NCBI GenBank assembly: GCA_025060415.1
Contig: JANXBT010000001.1
Coordinates: 36,313 to 68,312, forward strand
DNA: 32,000 nucleotides
Direction: 5' to 3'
Origin: Candidatus Bipolaricaulota bacterium
GTDB lineage: Bacteria; Bipolaricaulota; Bipolaricaulia; Bipolaricaulales; Bipolaricaulaceae
Shown: positions 15,715 through 23,631 of the stretch, one piece after another
Layout: every line of letters starts with the position of its first letter
Numbering within the stretch: position 1 is the stretch's first letter
Made by a program: the position numbers and the translations under genes
Notes under the pieces: model-generated
Database searches by the model: none
What the model saw: the letters and a program-made list of their open reading frames with translations, nothing else
What the model was told of the DNA's origin: nothing

Positions 15715-16467
15715 ATGTTCATGCGGCTTGAGGGGAAGGTTGCGCTCGTCACAGGAGCTAGCCGAGGCATAGGAAGGGCTATCGCTCTGGCATTGGCTAA
15801 AGAGGGATGTGACGTGGTCCTCGTGGACTTGGATGAGCCCGCTGCCCAACGCGTAGCGCGGGAGGTGGAAACCCTGGGAAGGAGAGCGCTTCCGGTGAAA
15901 GCAAACGTTGCTTCCTTGGCCGACGTTCAACGAGCGGTTGCTTTGACCGTGGAAAAATTTGGAAGACTTGACATCCTCGTGAACAACGCGGGGATTATTA
16001 AGCGGGGTACGCTCGAAGATCATAGTGATGCGGATTGGGAACTCGTGATCTCCGTCAACCTGCGCGGGACTTACTATTTTTCCCGTGAGGCCGCGAAGAT
16101 CATGAAACGCCAAGGATGGGGACGCATTATTAACATTTCCTCCGTAGCCGGAAAAATTGGAGATATTACCTCAGCGCCCAGCTATGGTCCCTCCAAAGCA
16201 GCTGTGAATGCCCTGACCAAGTCGCTGGCCAGGGAGCTTGCCCCCTTTGGGATCACCGTGAACGCGGTTGCTCCTCATGCCATCGAGACGGAAATGACGG
16301 CCGAGTGGTCGGAAGAACGAAGGCGGGCCTTAATCGCACAAATTCCTTTGGGGCGCATGGGGAAGCCCGAAGAAGTAGCAGCGGCTGTGGTTTTCTTGGC
16401 GTCCCCGGAGGCCTCCTTCATTACGGGGGAGATCCTCGATGTGAACGGGGGGTATCTCATGGACTGA
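15715..16467 (+). CDS. SDR-family oxidoreductase (classical)
   Basis: GKVALVTGASRGIGRA, NNAG, SYGPSKAAV (YxxxK), FITGEILDVNGGYLMD. Confidence 0.92.
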   Translation: MFMRLEGKVALVTGASRGIGRAIALALAKEGCDVVLVDLDEPAAQRVAREVETLGRRALPVKANVASLADVQRAVALTVEKFGRLDILVNNAGIIKRGTLEDHSDADWELVISVNLRGTYYFSREAAKIMKRQGWGRIINISSVAGKIGDITSAPSYGPSKAAVNALTKSLARELAPFGITVNAVAPHAIETEMTAEWSEERRRALIAQIPLGRMGKPEEVAAAVVFLASPEASFITGEILDVNGGYLMD

Positions 16468-16482
16468 GGTAGGTGAGGCCAG

Positions 16483-17289
16483 ATGCGCGGGTTGCGGGGG
16501 AAGGTTGCGGTGATTACTGGCGGCGGTGGAGTCCTTTGCTCGCAGATCGCGGAGTGTTTGGCTGAGGAGGGCGTGCGCATTGCCTTGTTGGACATCGCCG
16601 AGGAGAAAACGCAAGAGGCTCTACGGCGGGTGTTAGCCAAAGGAGCCGAGGGCTTGGCTTTTAGAGCGAGCGTTCTTTCCCGTGAGGATCTCATACGGGT
16701 AGCTGAACAGGTTTTGGCCTCCTTCGGTCGCGTCGATTTCCTCATTAACGGAGCCGGCGGGAATCACCCGCGCGGCACAGTTACCGACGAGGTTTCCTTT
16801 TTTGATCTTCCCGAGGATGGCGTGCGGTTCGTTTTCGACCTGAACTTTTGGGGCACATTTCTGCCTTCGCAAGTTTTCGGGAAGATTATGGCTCATCAAA
16901 AAGAAGGGGTGATTCTCAACATCGCCTCCATGAGCTCGTTCCGACCGCTGACGCGGGTCCCGGCCTACTCTGCGGCCAAAGCTGCAGTAGCCAATTTCAC
17001 CCAGTGGCTGGCCGTTTACTTGGCGCAGGAGTATTCTCCTCGGATTCGCGTGGTTGCCATCGCGCCAGGTTTTTTCTTGACCGAGCAGAACAAATATCTG
17101 CTCTTAGGTCCGCAAGGGGAGCTGACGGAACGCGGTCAGAGGATCCTCGCCCACACCCCTATGGGGCGGTTCGGGGCTCCAGTCGATCTTTGCGGTGCCG
17201 TGAAGTGGTTACTGTCGGACGAAGCGGCCTTTGTGACCGGAATTGTGCTCCCCGTGGACGGCGGGTTTTCCGCGTACGGCGGAGTTTAG
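16483..17289 (+). CDS. SDR-family oxidoreductase, possibly a D-mannonate (fructuronate reductase)-type enzyme
   Basis: GKVAVITGGGGVLCSQIAECLAEEGV glycine motif variant, NGAGGNHPRGT, YSAAKAAV, FVTGIVLPVDGGFSAYGGV. Family is confident; substrate is inference. Confidence 0.82.
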   Translation: MRGLRGKVAVITGGGGVLCSQIAECLAEEGVRIALLDIAEEKTQEALRRVLAKGAEGLAFRASVLSREDLIRVAEQVLASFGRVDFLINGAGGNHPRGTVTDEVSFFDLPEDGVRFVFDLNFWGTFLPSQVFGKIMAHQKEGVILNIASMSSFRPLTRVPAYSAAKAAVANFTQWLAVYLAQEYSPRIRVVAIAPGFFLTEQNKYLLLGPQGELTERGQRILAHTPMGRFGAPVDLCGAVKWLLSDEAAFVTGIVLPVDGGFSAYGGV

Positions 17290-17290
17290 G

Positions 17291-18286
17291 CTAACAAGGG
17301 CGAAACCGCTCGGCCAACGCGCGGTTCACCAGCCCAACGGGCAAGAGGCCGTGAAGCGCGCGCCCGATGTCTTCTGCCAGTTTTTTACGCAGTTCCACCA
17401 AAGAGTCCTCGGAGTACCAAGCGGCGTGCGGTGACCAGAGCACTTGGGGCAAGGTCCGCAGCGGGTCTTTGGGATCAGGGGGTTCCGGATCGCTTACGTC
17501 TAAACAAGCACCCGCAAGGGTTCCGGCCTTAAGGGCCTGGAACAAAGCGTCTTTGTCGACAATTGCCCCGCGTGCCGTGTTGATTAAACACGCTGTGGGT
17601 TTCATCTTGGCCAGCGCCTCGGCGTTGAGTAAATGGCGCGTTTCCGGGGTGAGCGGGACGTGGATTGAAAGGAAATCGCTTTCGCGAAGCAAGCGTTCCC
17701 AATCAACACGCTCCACGCCTTCCGCAGCGAAACTTTCGTCGGACACATACGGATCGTAAGCGATAACCTTCAGCCCAAAAGCTTTCGCCTTACGCGCTAC
17801 GAAGCGGGCAATCTTTCCAAAACCCAAGAGGCCAAGTACCTGACCGCGCAGACGGCGCATGGGACGCCCTGTCTTCCAATCCCATTCCCCTTTGCGAATC
17901 TCTTCCGTGTAGTGGACTACTCTTCGCGCCCAAGCTAGGAGAAAAGCCATAACATGGTCCGAGACCTCCTCTTCGCAGTAAGACGGCACATTGACTACGG
18001 CAATCCCCCGTTCCGTGGCAGCCGGCACATCGATGTTGTCTACGCCGATGCCGTACCGGCCTATTACCTTGCATCGGTTCAAACCCCAAATGACGTCCCG
18101 TGTTATGGGGGCGTACTGCGAGATAAGGGCGTCGGCTTCCCGTGCTACAGCAAGGACTTCCTCAGGGGTTCGGCATTGCGCAGGCACCACTTGTGCGTTC
18201 CACTGCCTTAGCGTGTTTTCCTCGATGGATAAATCCGGATAGTTGTAGTCCGTAACTATCACCGTCCACCGCATCGGTCCAGCCAT
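17291..18286 (-). CDS. D-2-hydroxyacid dehydrogenase (phosphoglycerate/C-terminal NAD-binding family)
   Basis: IGRYGIGVDNIDVPAAT, LGLLGFGKIARFVARKAKAFG, LINTARGAIVDKDALFQAL, ACLDVSDPEPPD. Internal ATG at 18274 is an alternative start. Confidence 0.9.
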   Translation of the reverse strand: MAGPMRWTVIVTDYNYPDLSIEENTLRQWNAQVVPAQCRTPEEVLAVAREADALISQYAPITRDVIWGLNRCKVIGRYGIGVDNIDVPAATERGIAVVNVPSYCEEEVSDHVMAFLLAWARRVVHYTEEIRKGEWDWKTGRPMRRLRGQVLGLLGFGKIARFVARKAKAFGLKVIAYDPYVSDESFAAEGVERVDWERLLRESDFLSIHVPLTPETRHLLNAEALAKMKPTACLINTARGAIVDKDALFQALKAGTLAGACLDVSDPEPPDPKDPLRTLPQVLWSPHAAWYSEDSLVELRKKLAEDIGRALHGLLPVGLVNRALAERFRPC

Positions 18287-18297
18287 GGTGTGGGCGC

Positions 18298-18326
18298 TTT
18301 ATACTTTAAAAGGCCTGTTTTGTCAA
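18298..18326 (-). promoter_or_regulatory. sigma70 consensus promoter for the D-2-hydroxyacid dehydrogenase gene
   Basis: On the minus strand, TTGACA (18326-18321), exactly 17 nt, TATAAA (18303-18298). A plus-strand TATACT (18300-18305) overlaps it. Confidence 0.8.
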
Positions 18327-18345
18327 GGGCAAAAGGAGGCTAGAA

Positions 18346-19113
18346 GTGTTGCGGCTTGACTTGACGGGAAAAGTCGCCATAGTGACCGGGGCGGGCGGGG
18401 GGCTGGGGCGGGCAATGGCCCTTGGTCTGGCGCAAGCCGGGGCCGCTGTGGTTCTGGTGGGCCGTTCTGGGTTGGGTCTTGAGGAAACCCTCCGAGAAAT
18501 CCAGGCCTTGGGTCGTCCGGGCTTGGCCCTGCGCGCTGATGTTGCCATCCGAAATGAGACGAAGCGTGTGGTCCAAACCGCGCTGGAACGCTTTTCCCGC
18601 GTGGACATCGTGGTGAATGCCGCCGGGGTTAACCGGCGCATCCCCTCGCTCGAGGTGCGTGAAGAGGACTGGGATTGGATTCTGGGGGTAAACCTTAAAG
18701 GGACGTTCTTTATGTGTCAAGCCGCGGGAGAGGTGATGCTGCGCCAGAGAGCAGGGAGCATTATTAATGTCGCCTCGCTTCTTTCCGAAGTAGGGATACC
18801 CACGCTGGCTCCGTACGCGGCTTCGAAAGCAGGGGTGGTCGGGCTCACCCGCGTATTGGCCGCGGAATGGGGGCCTTATGGGGTCCGGGTGAACGCGATA
18901 GGGCCGGGCTACTTCCGTACACGGATGACGGAGCCTTTGTTCAGCGACCCCCACTGGGTGGCAAGGCTTCTGCAGCAAGTACCATTAGGGCGTGCCGGGA
19001 TACCTGAGGATTTGGTGGGAATCACGGTTTTTCTGGCCTCCGACGCGTCGGCCTACCTCACCGGACAAGTGATCTACGTGGATGGCGGCTACTTATGCGC
19101 CCGCCCGGCCTAG
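18346..19113 (+). CDS. SDR-family oxidoreductase (KduD / glucose dehydrogenase-like)
   Basis: GKVAIVTGAGGGLGRAMALGLAQAGA, NAAGVNRR, YAASKAGVVGLTRVLA, YLTGQVIYVDGGYLC. GTG start with AAAGGAGG SD. Confidence 0.9.
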   Translation: MLRLDLTGKVAIVTGAGGGLGRAMALGLAQAGAAVVLVGRSGLGLEETLREIQALGRPGLALRADVAIRNETKRVVQTALERFSRVDIVVNAAGVNRRIPSLEVREEDWDWILGVNLKGTFFMCQAAGEVMLRQRAGSIINVASLLSEVGIPTLAPYAASKAGVVGLTRVLAAEWGPYGVRVNAIGPGYFRTRMTEPLFSDPHWVARLLQQVPLGRAGIPEDLVGITVFLASDASAYLTGQVIYVDGGYLCARPA

Positions 19114-19136
19114 GTTTTTTCTAAAACAAACAAAGA

Positions 19137-19164
19137 TTGACTAAAACGTAGAATGGGATATAAT
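19137..19164 (+). promoter_or_regulatory. sigma70-type promoter upstream of the aldolase gene
   Basis: TTGACT (19137-19142), 16 nt, TATAAT (19159-19164), followed by SD GAGGAGGG at 19171-19178. Confidence 0.72.
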
Positions 19165-19182
19165 GCTTTTGAGGAGGGAAAG

Positions 19183-19827
19183 TTGCGCGAGGTATTGGCG
19201 GACGAGGAGATCAAGCGTACAGGCGCTATCGGGATAATTCGTATACGTACGGCAGAGGACCTGGTAAGAATAGCCGAGGCCCTCCACGCTGGGGGGCTTT
19301 TATGCATCGAGATCACGATGAACACCCCGGGGGCGTTGCAGGCCATCGAACAGGCCCGGGAACGCCTCCCCACCGTGGTGCTGGGGGCCGGCACGGTCCT
19401 CGACGGGGTGACCGCGCGGGAGGCGGTTCTGGCCGGAGCCCAGTTCTTGGTGACCCCGACCGTCAGGCTGGACGTCCTAGAAGTGGCTCATAGGTACGGC
19501 ATCCCTGCTATCATCGGCGCGATGACCCCCACGGAGATCCTCACCGCTTGGGAGGCCGGGGCCACCATGGTCAAGGTTTTCCCCGCTTCGGTCCTCGGGC
19601 CGCGGTACCTCCAAGAGGTGCGCGGGCCTTTGCCCCAAATCCCGCTCGTGCCCACGGGCGGCATCACAGCCGAAAACGCGGCGGAATTCATTCGCGCTGG
19701 GGCCGTAGCTGTCTGCGCCGGGTCCTGGCTTATTGATAAACAGGCCATCGCCGAGGGGCGATACGAGGTGCTCACGGAGCGCGCACGTCGCCTGGTGGAG
19801 GCGGTCCGGAAGGCCCGCGAATCTTGA
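19183..19827 (+). CDS. eda: 2-dehydro-3-deoxy-phosphogluconate/galactonate aldolase (KDPG aldolase family)
   Basis: IEITMNTPGAL, LGAGTVLD, AQFLVTPT, GATMVKVFPAS (Schiff-base Lys), PTGGI. TTG start at 19183 fits the SD; the ORF-track start (19153) precedes the -10 element. Confidence 0.87.
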   Translation: MREVLADEEIKRTGAIGIIRIRTAEDLVRIAEALHAGGLLCIEITMNTPGALQAIEQARERLPTVVLGAGTVLDGVTAREAVLAGAQFLVTPTVRLDVLEVAHRYGIPAIIGAMTPTEILTAWEAGATMVKVFPASVLGPRYLQEVRGPLPQIPLVPTGGITAENAAEFIRAGAVAVCAGSWLIDKQAIAEGRYEVLTERARRLVEAVRKARES

Positions 19828-19844
19828 ATTCCCAAGGAGGCGGT

Positions 19845-20834
19845 ATGGGGTACGACCTTGTGACCTTCGGGGAGACGATGATCCGGCTTTCCCCTCCCCA
19901 CTTCCAGCGCTTGGAGCAGGCCACGTCCTTCGACGTCAACGTCGGGGGGGCCGAGCTCAACGTGGCCGTGTCCGCCCAGAGGTTAGGGCTTCGCTGCGCC
20001 TACGTAACCCGGCTCACCGATAACCCCTTGGGCCGCATGATCGCCAACAAGGCCCGCGAGCACGGTGTGGACGTTTCTCACATCCTCTGGACCAAAGAGG
20101 ATCGGGTTGGGCTTTACTTCGTGGAGTTCGGCGCCAGCCCCCGCGCCAGTTCCGTCCTCTACGACCGGGCCCACTCCGCAATGGCGAGGATCAAGCCCGG
20201 CGAGGTGAACTGGGATCGCGTGTTCGAGGGAGCCCGGGCGTTCCACACCACGGGGATCACCCCCGCCCTCTCCCCTTCCGCCGCGGAGGCCACCAAAGAG
20301 GCGGTGCGAAAGGCCAAGGAAAAAGGGGTGTTGGTCTCCCTCGACCTCAACTACCGTGCGCGCCTGTGGAGCCCTGAGGAAGCCCGGCGGGTGATGACCG
20401 AGCTCGTCTCCCAGGCGGACATCCTCATCACCACCGAAGAGGATGCGGAACGGGTGTTCGGGGTGAAGGAAGGGTCCTTTGAGAAGATGGCGGAACGGCT
20501 GGGGCAGATGTTTGGCAACCTGAAGGTTGTGGCCGTCACGATCCGGGAAACGCCCTCCGTGTGGCGCAACACGTGGACGGCCTTGGCCTACAGCGCAGGC
20601 CGGATCCTTCGCGGCCCGGTTTTTGACGTGGAAATTGTGGACCGCGTGGGAGCAGGCGACGCCTTCGCCGGCGGATTCCTCTACGGCTACCTCACCAAAG
20701 ACGTGGAGGCCGGGCTCCAATACGGGGTGGCCCTCTCCGCGCTGAAGCAGACCAACCCCGGGGACCTCGTCTGGGCCACCAAAGAGGAGTGCGAACGGAT
20801 CCTGGCCGGAGCGGGGTTGCGGATCGTGCGCTGA
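19845..20834 (+). CDS. kdgK: PfkB-family sugar kinase, probably 2-dehydro-3-deoxygluconokinase
   Basis: [69 protein letters not shown] just upstream of ATG 19845. Confidence 0.85.
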   Translation: MGYDLVTFGETMIRLSPPHFQRLEQATSFDVNVGGAELNVAVSAQRLGLRCAYVTRLTDNPLGRMIANKAREHGVDVSHILWTKEDRVGLYFVEFGASPRASSVLYDRAHSAMARIKPGEVNWDRVFEGARAFHTTGITPALSPSAAEATKEAVRKAKEKGVLVSLDLNYRARLWSPEEARRVMTELVSQADILITTEEDAERVFGVKEGSFEKMAERLGQMFGNLKVVAVTIRETPSVWRNTWTALAYSAGRILRGPVFDVEIVDRVGAGDAFAGGFLYGYLTKDVEAGLQYGVALSALKQTNPGDLVWATKEECERILAGAGLRIVR

Positions 20835-20844
20835 GGAGAAGGGG

Positions 20845-21588
20845 ATGAGGATCGTTCGCTTTGGCCGGGGAAGCTGGGGTGTGGTGGAAGGGGAAGTGGT
20901 GCGCGTCACCCGTGGGCCAGGCGGGAGCTTCACAAGGAAGCGCCTCCCCCTCGCGGAGGTGCGGCTCCTCCCCCCCACCAAGCCCACCAAGATCGTCTGT
21001 GTGGGGCGCAACTACCGCCGGCACGCGCAGGAGATGGGCGAGGAGGTGCCCAAGGAGCCCGGGCTCTTCCTCAAGGCCCCGAATGCGCTGGCGGCGCCGG
21101 GCTCGATCCTCCCCTATCCTTCCTTCACGCACAGCCTTCACTACGAGGGCGAGCTCGCGGTGGTGGTGGGCAAAAGGATGCGCCGCGTCTCCGAGGACAA
21201 AGCCCTCGCGTATGTTCTTGGCTACACATGCGCCCTGGACCTCACCGCCCGCGATGTGCAAAAGACCGATCTCCAATGGATTCGCGCCAAGTCCGCCGAT
21301 GGGTTTTGCCCCCTTGGCCCCTGGGTGGAGACGGACGTCGCCCCGTTTGACTTGCGCTTGCGCACCTTCGTGAACGGCGAGGTGCGCCAGGATGCCCGCA
21401 CTTCGGCCATGATCTTTTCCATTCCCTTCCTGCTCGCGTACGTCAGCTCGTTCATGACGCTCGAGCCCGGGGATGTCCTCCTCACGGGCACCCCGGAGGG
21501 GGTGGGCGAGCTGAAGCCGGGCGATGAGGTGGCCGTAGAGATCGAGGGCATCGGGAGGCTTTCCGTTCGCGTCGCCCCCGCCTCCTGA
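20845..21588 (+). CDS. fumarylacetoacetate hydrolase (FAH) family protein
   Basis: [68 protein letters not shown]. Confidence 0.9.
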   Translation: MRIVRFGRGSWGVVEGEVVRVTRGPGGSFTRKRLPLAEVRLLPPTKPTKIVCVGRNYRRHAQEMGEEVPKEPGLFLKAPNALAAPGSILPYPSFTHSLHYEGELAVVVGKRMRRVSEDKALAYVLGYTCALDLTARDVQKTDLQWIRAKSADGFCPLGPWVETDVAPFDLRLRTFVNGEVRQDARTSAMIFSIPFLLAYVSSFMTLEPGDVLLTGTPEGVGELKPGDEVAVEIEGIGRLSVRVAPAS

Positions 21589-21628
21589 CCGGGGGCCCGT
21601 TGTCGGTAAAATTCGCCCTCGTTCGGCC

Positions 21629-22525
21629 ATGGGCAGGTGGCTTTTCTGCCTCGGTTTGCTCCTCGTGGCCTGCGCGGGCGCTGCGGAGCCGGTACGGGTT
21701 TACGTGGGCGTCTACGTGCTGAACCTGGGGAAGTTCGAGCTCGCCACCGGGGCGTACACGGTGGACTTCTACCTGTCCCTGCGGGCGGAGCGGCCCATCA
21801 CCATGGACGAGTTCGAGTTCATGAACGGGCGTGCGGCCACCATCGATCGGCTCATCGATACGCCGACGGAGAAGTTCTACCGCATCCAGGCCAACCTCTC
21901 GCAAAATTTGGATTTGCGCCGCTACCCCTTCGATGAGCATCTCTTGACCATCGAGATCGAAGACAAACGCCGCACGGTCAACGAGCTCGTCTACGTGGTG
22001 GACGAAAAGGCCTGTGGGGTTGACCCCGGCGTGATCGTGGTGGGCTGGCGCCTCGCGGGCTGGGAGGCCACGGTGACCACGCACGAGTACACGATCTACG
22101 AGGAAACCTACTCGCGGTTCGTGTTCGGCCTCCGTATCCGGAGGGTTACGCTCAACGCCGTGATCAAATCGTTCCTCCCCATCGTCTGCATGCTCCTGGT
22201 GGGGTTCCTTTCCCTCCTCCTTACGCCGGACAAGGTCACCACACGGCTCTCCCTGAACATCTCCACGCTCCTGGGGGCCGTGATGTTCCACGTGAACCTG
22301 ACCTCCTCCATCCCGCCCGTGGGCTACCTCACCCTGGCCGACCGGGTCATGATCGCCACCTATTTGATCCTGGTCCTGATCCTGCTGAGCGGGGTGGCGA
22401 TCCTCCGCTGGGCGGAGCGGGAGGAGAAGAAAGCCCAAGTCAAGCGCATCTATCACCAGGCCCTGGCGGCGATCCCCGTGCTCACCGTGGTCCTCTACGC
22501 CCTGGTGTTCCTGCTCCCGAGCTAG
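21629..22525 (+). CDS. prokaryotic pentameric ligand-gated ion channel (Cys-loop receptor superfamily) homologue
   Basis: Signal peptide, extracellular domain with YPFDEHLLTIEIED (FPFD-like), M1 with Pro (SFLPIVCMLLVGFLSLLL), M2 TTRLSLNISTLLGAVMFHVNLTSSIPPVGYLT, M3 and M4 TM segments; 298 aa. Confidence 0.85.
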   Translation: MGRWLFCLGLLLVACAGAAEPVRVYVGVYVLNLGKFELATGAYTVDFYLSLRAERPITMDEFEFMNGRAATIDRLIDTPTEKFYRIQANLSQNLDLRRYPFDEHLLTIEIEDKRRTVNELVYVVDEKACGVDPGVIVVGWRLAGWEATVTTHEYTIYEETYSRFVFGLRIRRVTLNAVIKSFLPIVCMLLVGFLSLLLTPDKVTTRLSLNISTLLGAVMFHVNLTSSIPPVGYLTLADRVMIATYLILVLILLSGVAILRWAEREEKKAQVKRIYHQALAAIPVLTVVLYALVFLLPS

Positions 22526-23631
22526 GGGCGGAAGGCCACCTTGATCCCCCGCCGGGTGAGGACCGTGCGCAGGGCGGTCCGGTAGTCCGCGAGCGGGAAG
22601 GTGTGGGTGACGATTTTCTCCAGGCCCTCCGCATCGCGCAGCGCCGTCAGAGCGTGGTGGAAGTCCTGGGCGCTGTAGGCGTAGGTGCCGAGCACGCGGA
22701 TCCCGCGGAACCAAAGGGGGGAAAGGTCGAGCCGGGACCGACCGGGCGCCCCGAGGAGGAGCACGGTCCCTCCCTCCCGGACGGCCCACAGGGCTTGGTC
22801 CAGGCTGGTGGGGCTTCCGGCGGCGTCGATGACCAGCGGGAAGCCGCCGCGCCAGGCCGGCGGGCCCAGCGGCGCGCGGTAGCTCCGCGCCCCCTGCGGC
22901 GGGGCCGCCTCCCAGGGGGAGGCGTGCACCCCCTTGCTCCCCAAGGCCCGCGCCATCTCGGCTTGCTGCCGGTGGCGGGCCACGACGTGGATGTCCCGGT
23001 GGCCGAACCACCGGAGGGCGGCCACGGCCAAAAGGCCAAGCGTTCCGGCCCCAAGGACGAGCACGGGATGGGCTTTGTCCATGGAGAGGAGGCGCAGCCC
23101 GCGGAGCACCACGGCCAAGGGTTCGGCCAAAAGCCCGCGTTCCGTGGGCATCTGGGGGGGCAAGGGGTGCACCCGATCCGGATGCACCACGATCCGTTCG
23201 CCCCAGCCGCCGGGCAAATCCCGGTGGTACCCAAGCATCCCCGGGGCAAGGCCCCCTTCCGCCACGTTTTGGCAGAGGGCCTCCTCGCCCTGGGCGCAGG
23301 CCCAGCAGGGGGGAAGGCCGCGCTCGCGGCAAGCCAGAAGGGGGTTGATGGCGGCCCGCACGCCCCCCACCTCCGCCACGATCTCGTGCCCCAGCACGGC
23401 GGGGAACGAGAAGAAGGGGGCCAAGCGGGGCGAGCTTTTCCCAAAAAGAAGGGCGAGATCGGATCCGCAGATCCCCGAAAGGAGCACCCGGCCCTTCTCC
23501 CACCCGGGCGGGGGCTCGGGCTCCGGAAGCTCGCGCAAGCGCAGGGGCAAAAGGCCGAAGGGCGTGTGCTTTCCCAGGGCGCGCGCCGCGAGGTACCGGG
23601 GGACGGAGGCCGTGTAGACGAGGGCCTTCAT
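22522..23631 (-). CDS. zinc-dependent alcohol/polyol dehydrogenase-like (MDR superfamily)
   Basis: RVLLSGICGSDLALL, FPAVLGHEIVAEV, structural-zinc-like cysteine cluster CAQGEEALC, VLVLGAGTLGLLAVAAL. Confidence 0.87.
   Translation of the reverse strand: MKALVYTASVPRYLAARALGKHTPFGLLPLRLRELPEPEPPPGWEKGRVLLSGICGSDLALLFGKSSPRLAPFFSFPAVLGHEIVAEVGGVRAAINPLLACRERGLPPCWACAQGEEALCQNVAEGGLAPGMLGYHRDLPGGWGERIVVHPDRVHPLPPQMPTERGLLAEPLAVVLRGLRLLSMDKAHPVLVLGAGTLGLLAVAALRWFGHRDIHVVARHRQQAEMARALGSKGVHASPWEAAPPQGARSYRAPLGPPAWRGGFPLVIDAAGSPTSLDQALWAVREGGTVLLLGAPGRSRLDLSPLWFRGIRVLGTYAYSAQDFHHALTALRDAEGLEKIVTHTFPLADYRTALRTVLTRRGIKVAFRP

Noticed and set aside
19114-19127. GTTTTTTCTAAAAC as a second copy of the GTTTTGCAAAAC operator
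   Set aside because: Half-sites are simple T/A runs with different spacing; not distinguishable from chance in an AT-rich intergenic stretch.
21482-23503. 673-aa minus-strand ORF
   Set aside because: Runs antisense through the ion-channel gene and shares the strand but not the frame of the dehydrogenase gene; low-complexity shadow frame.
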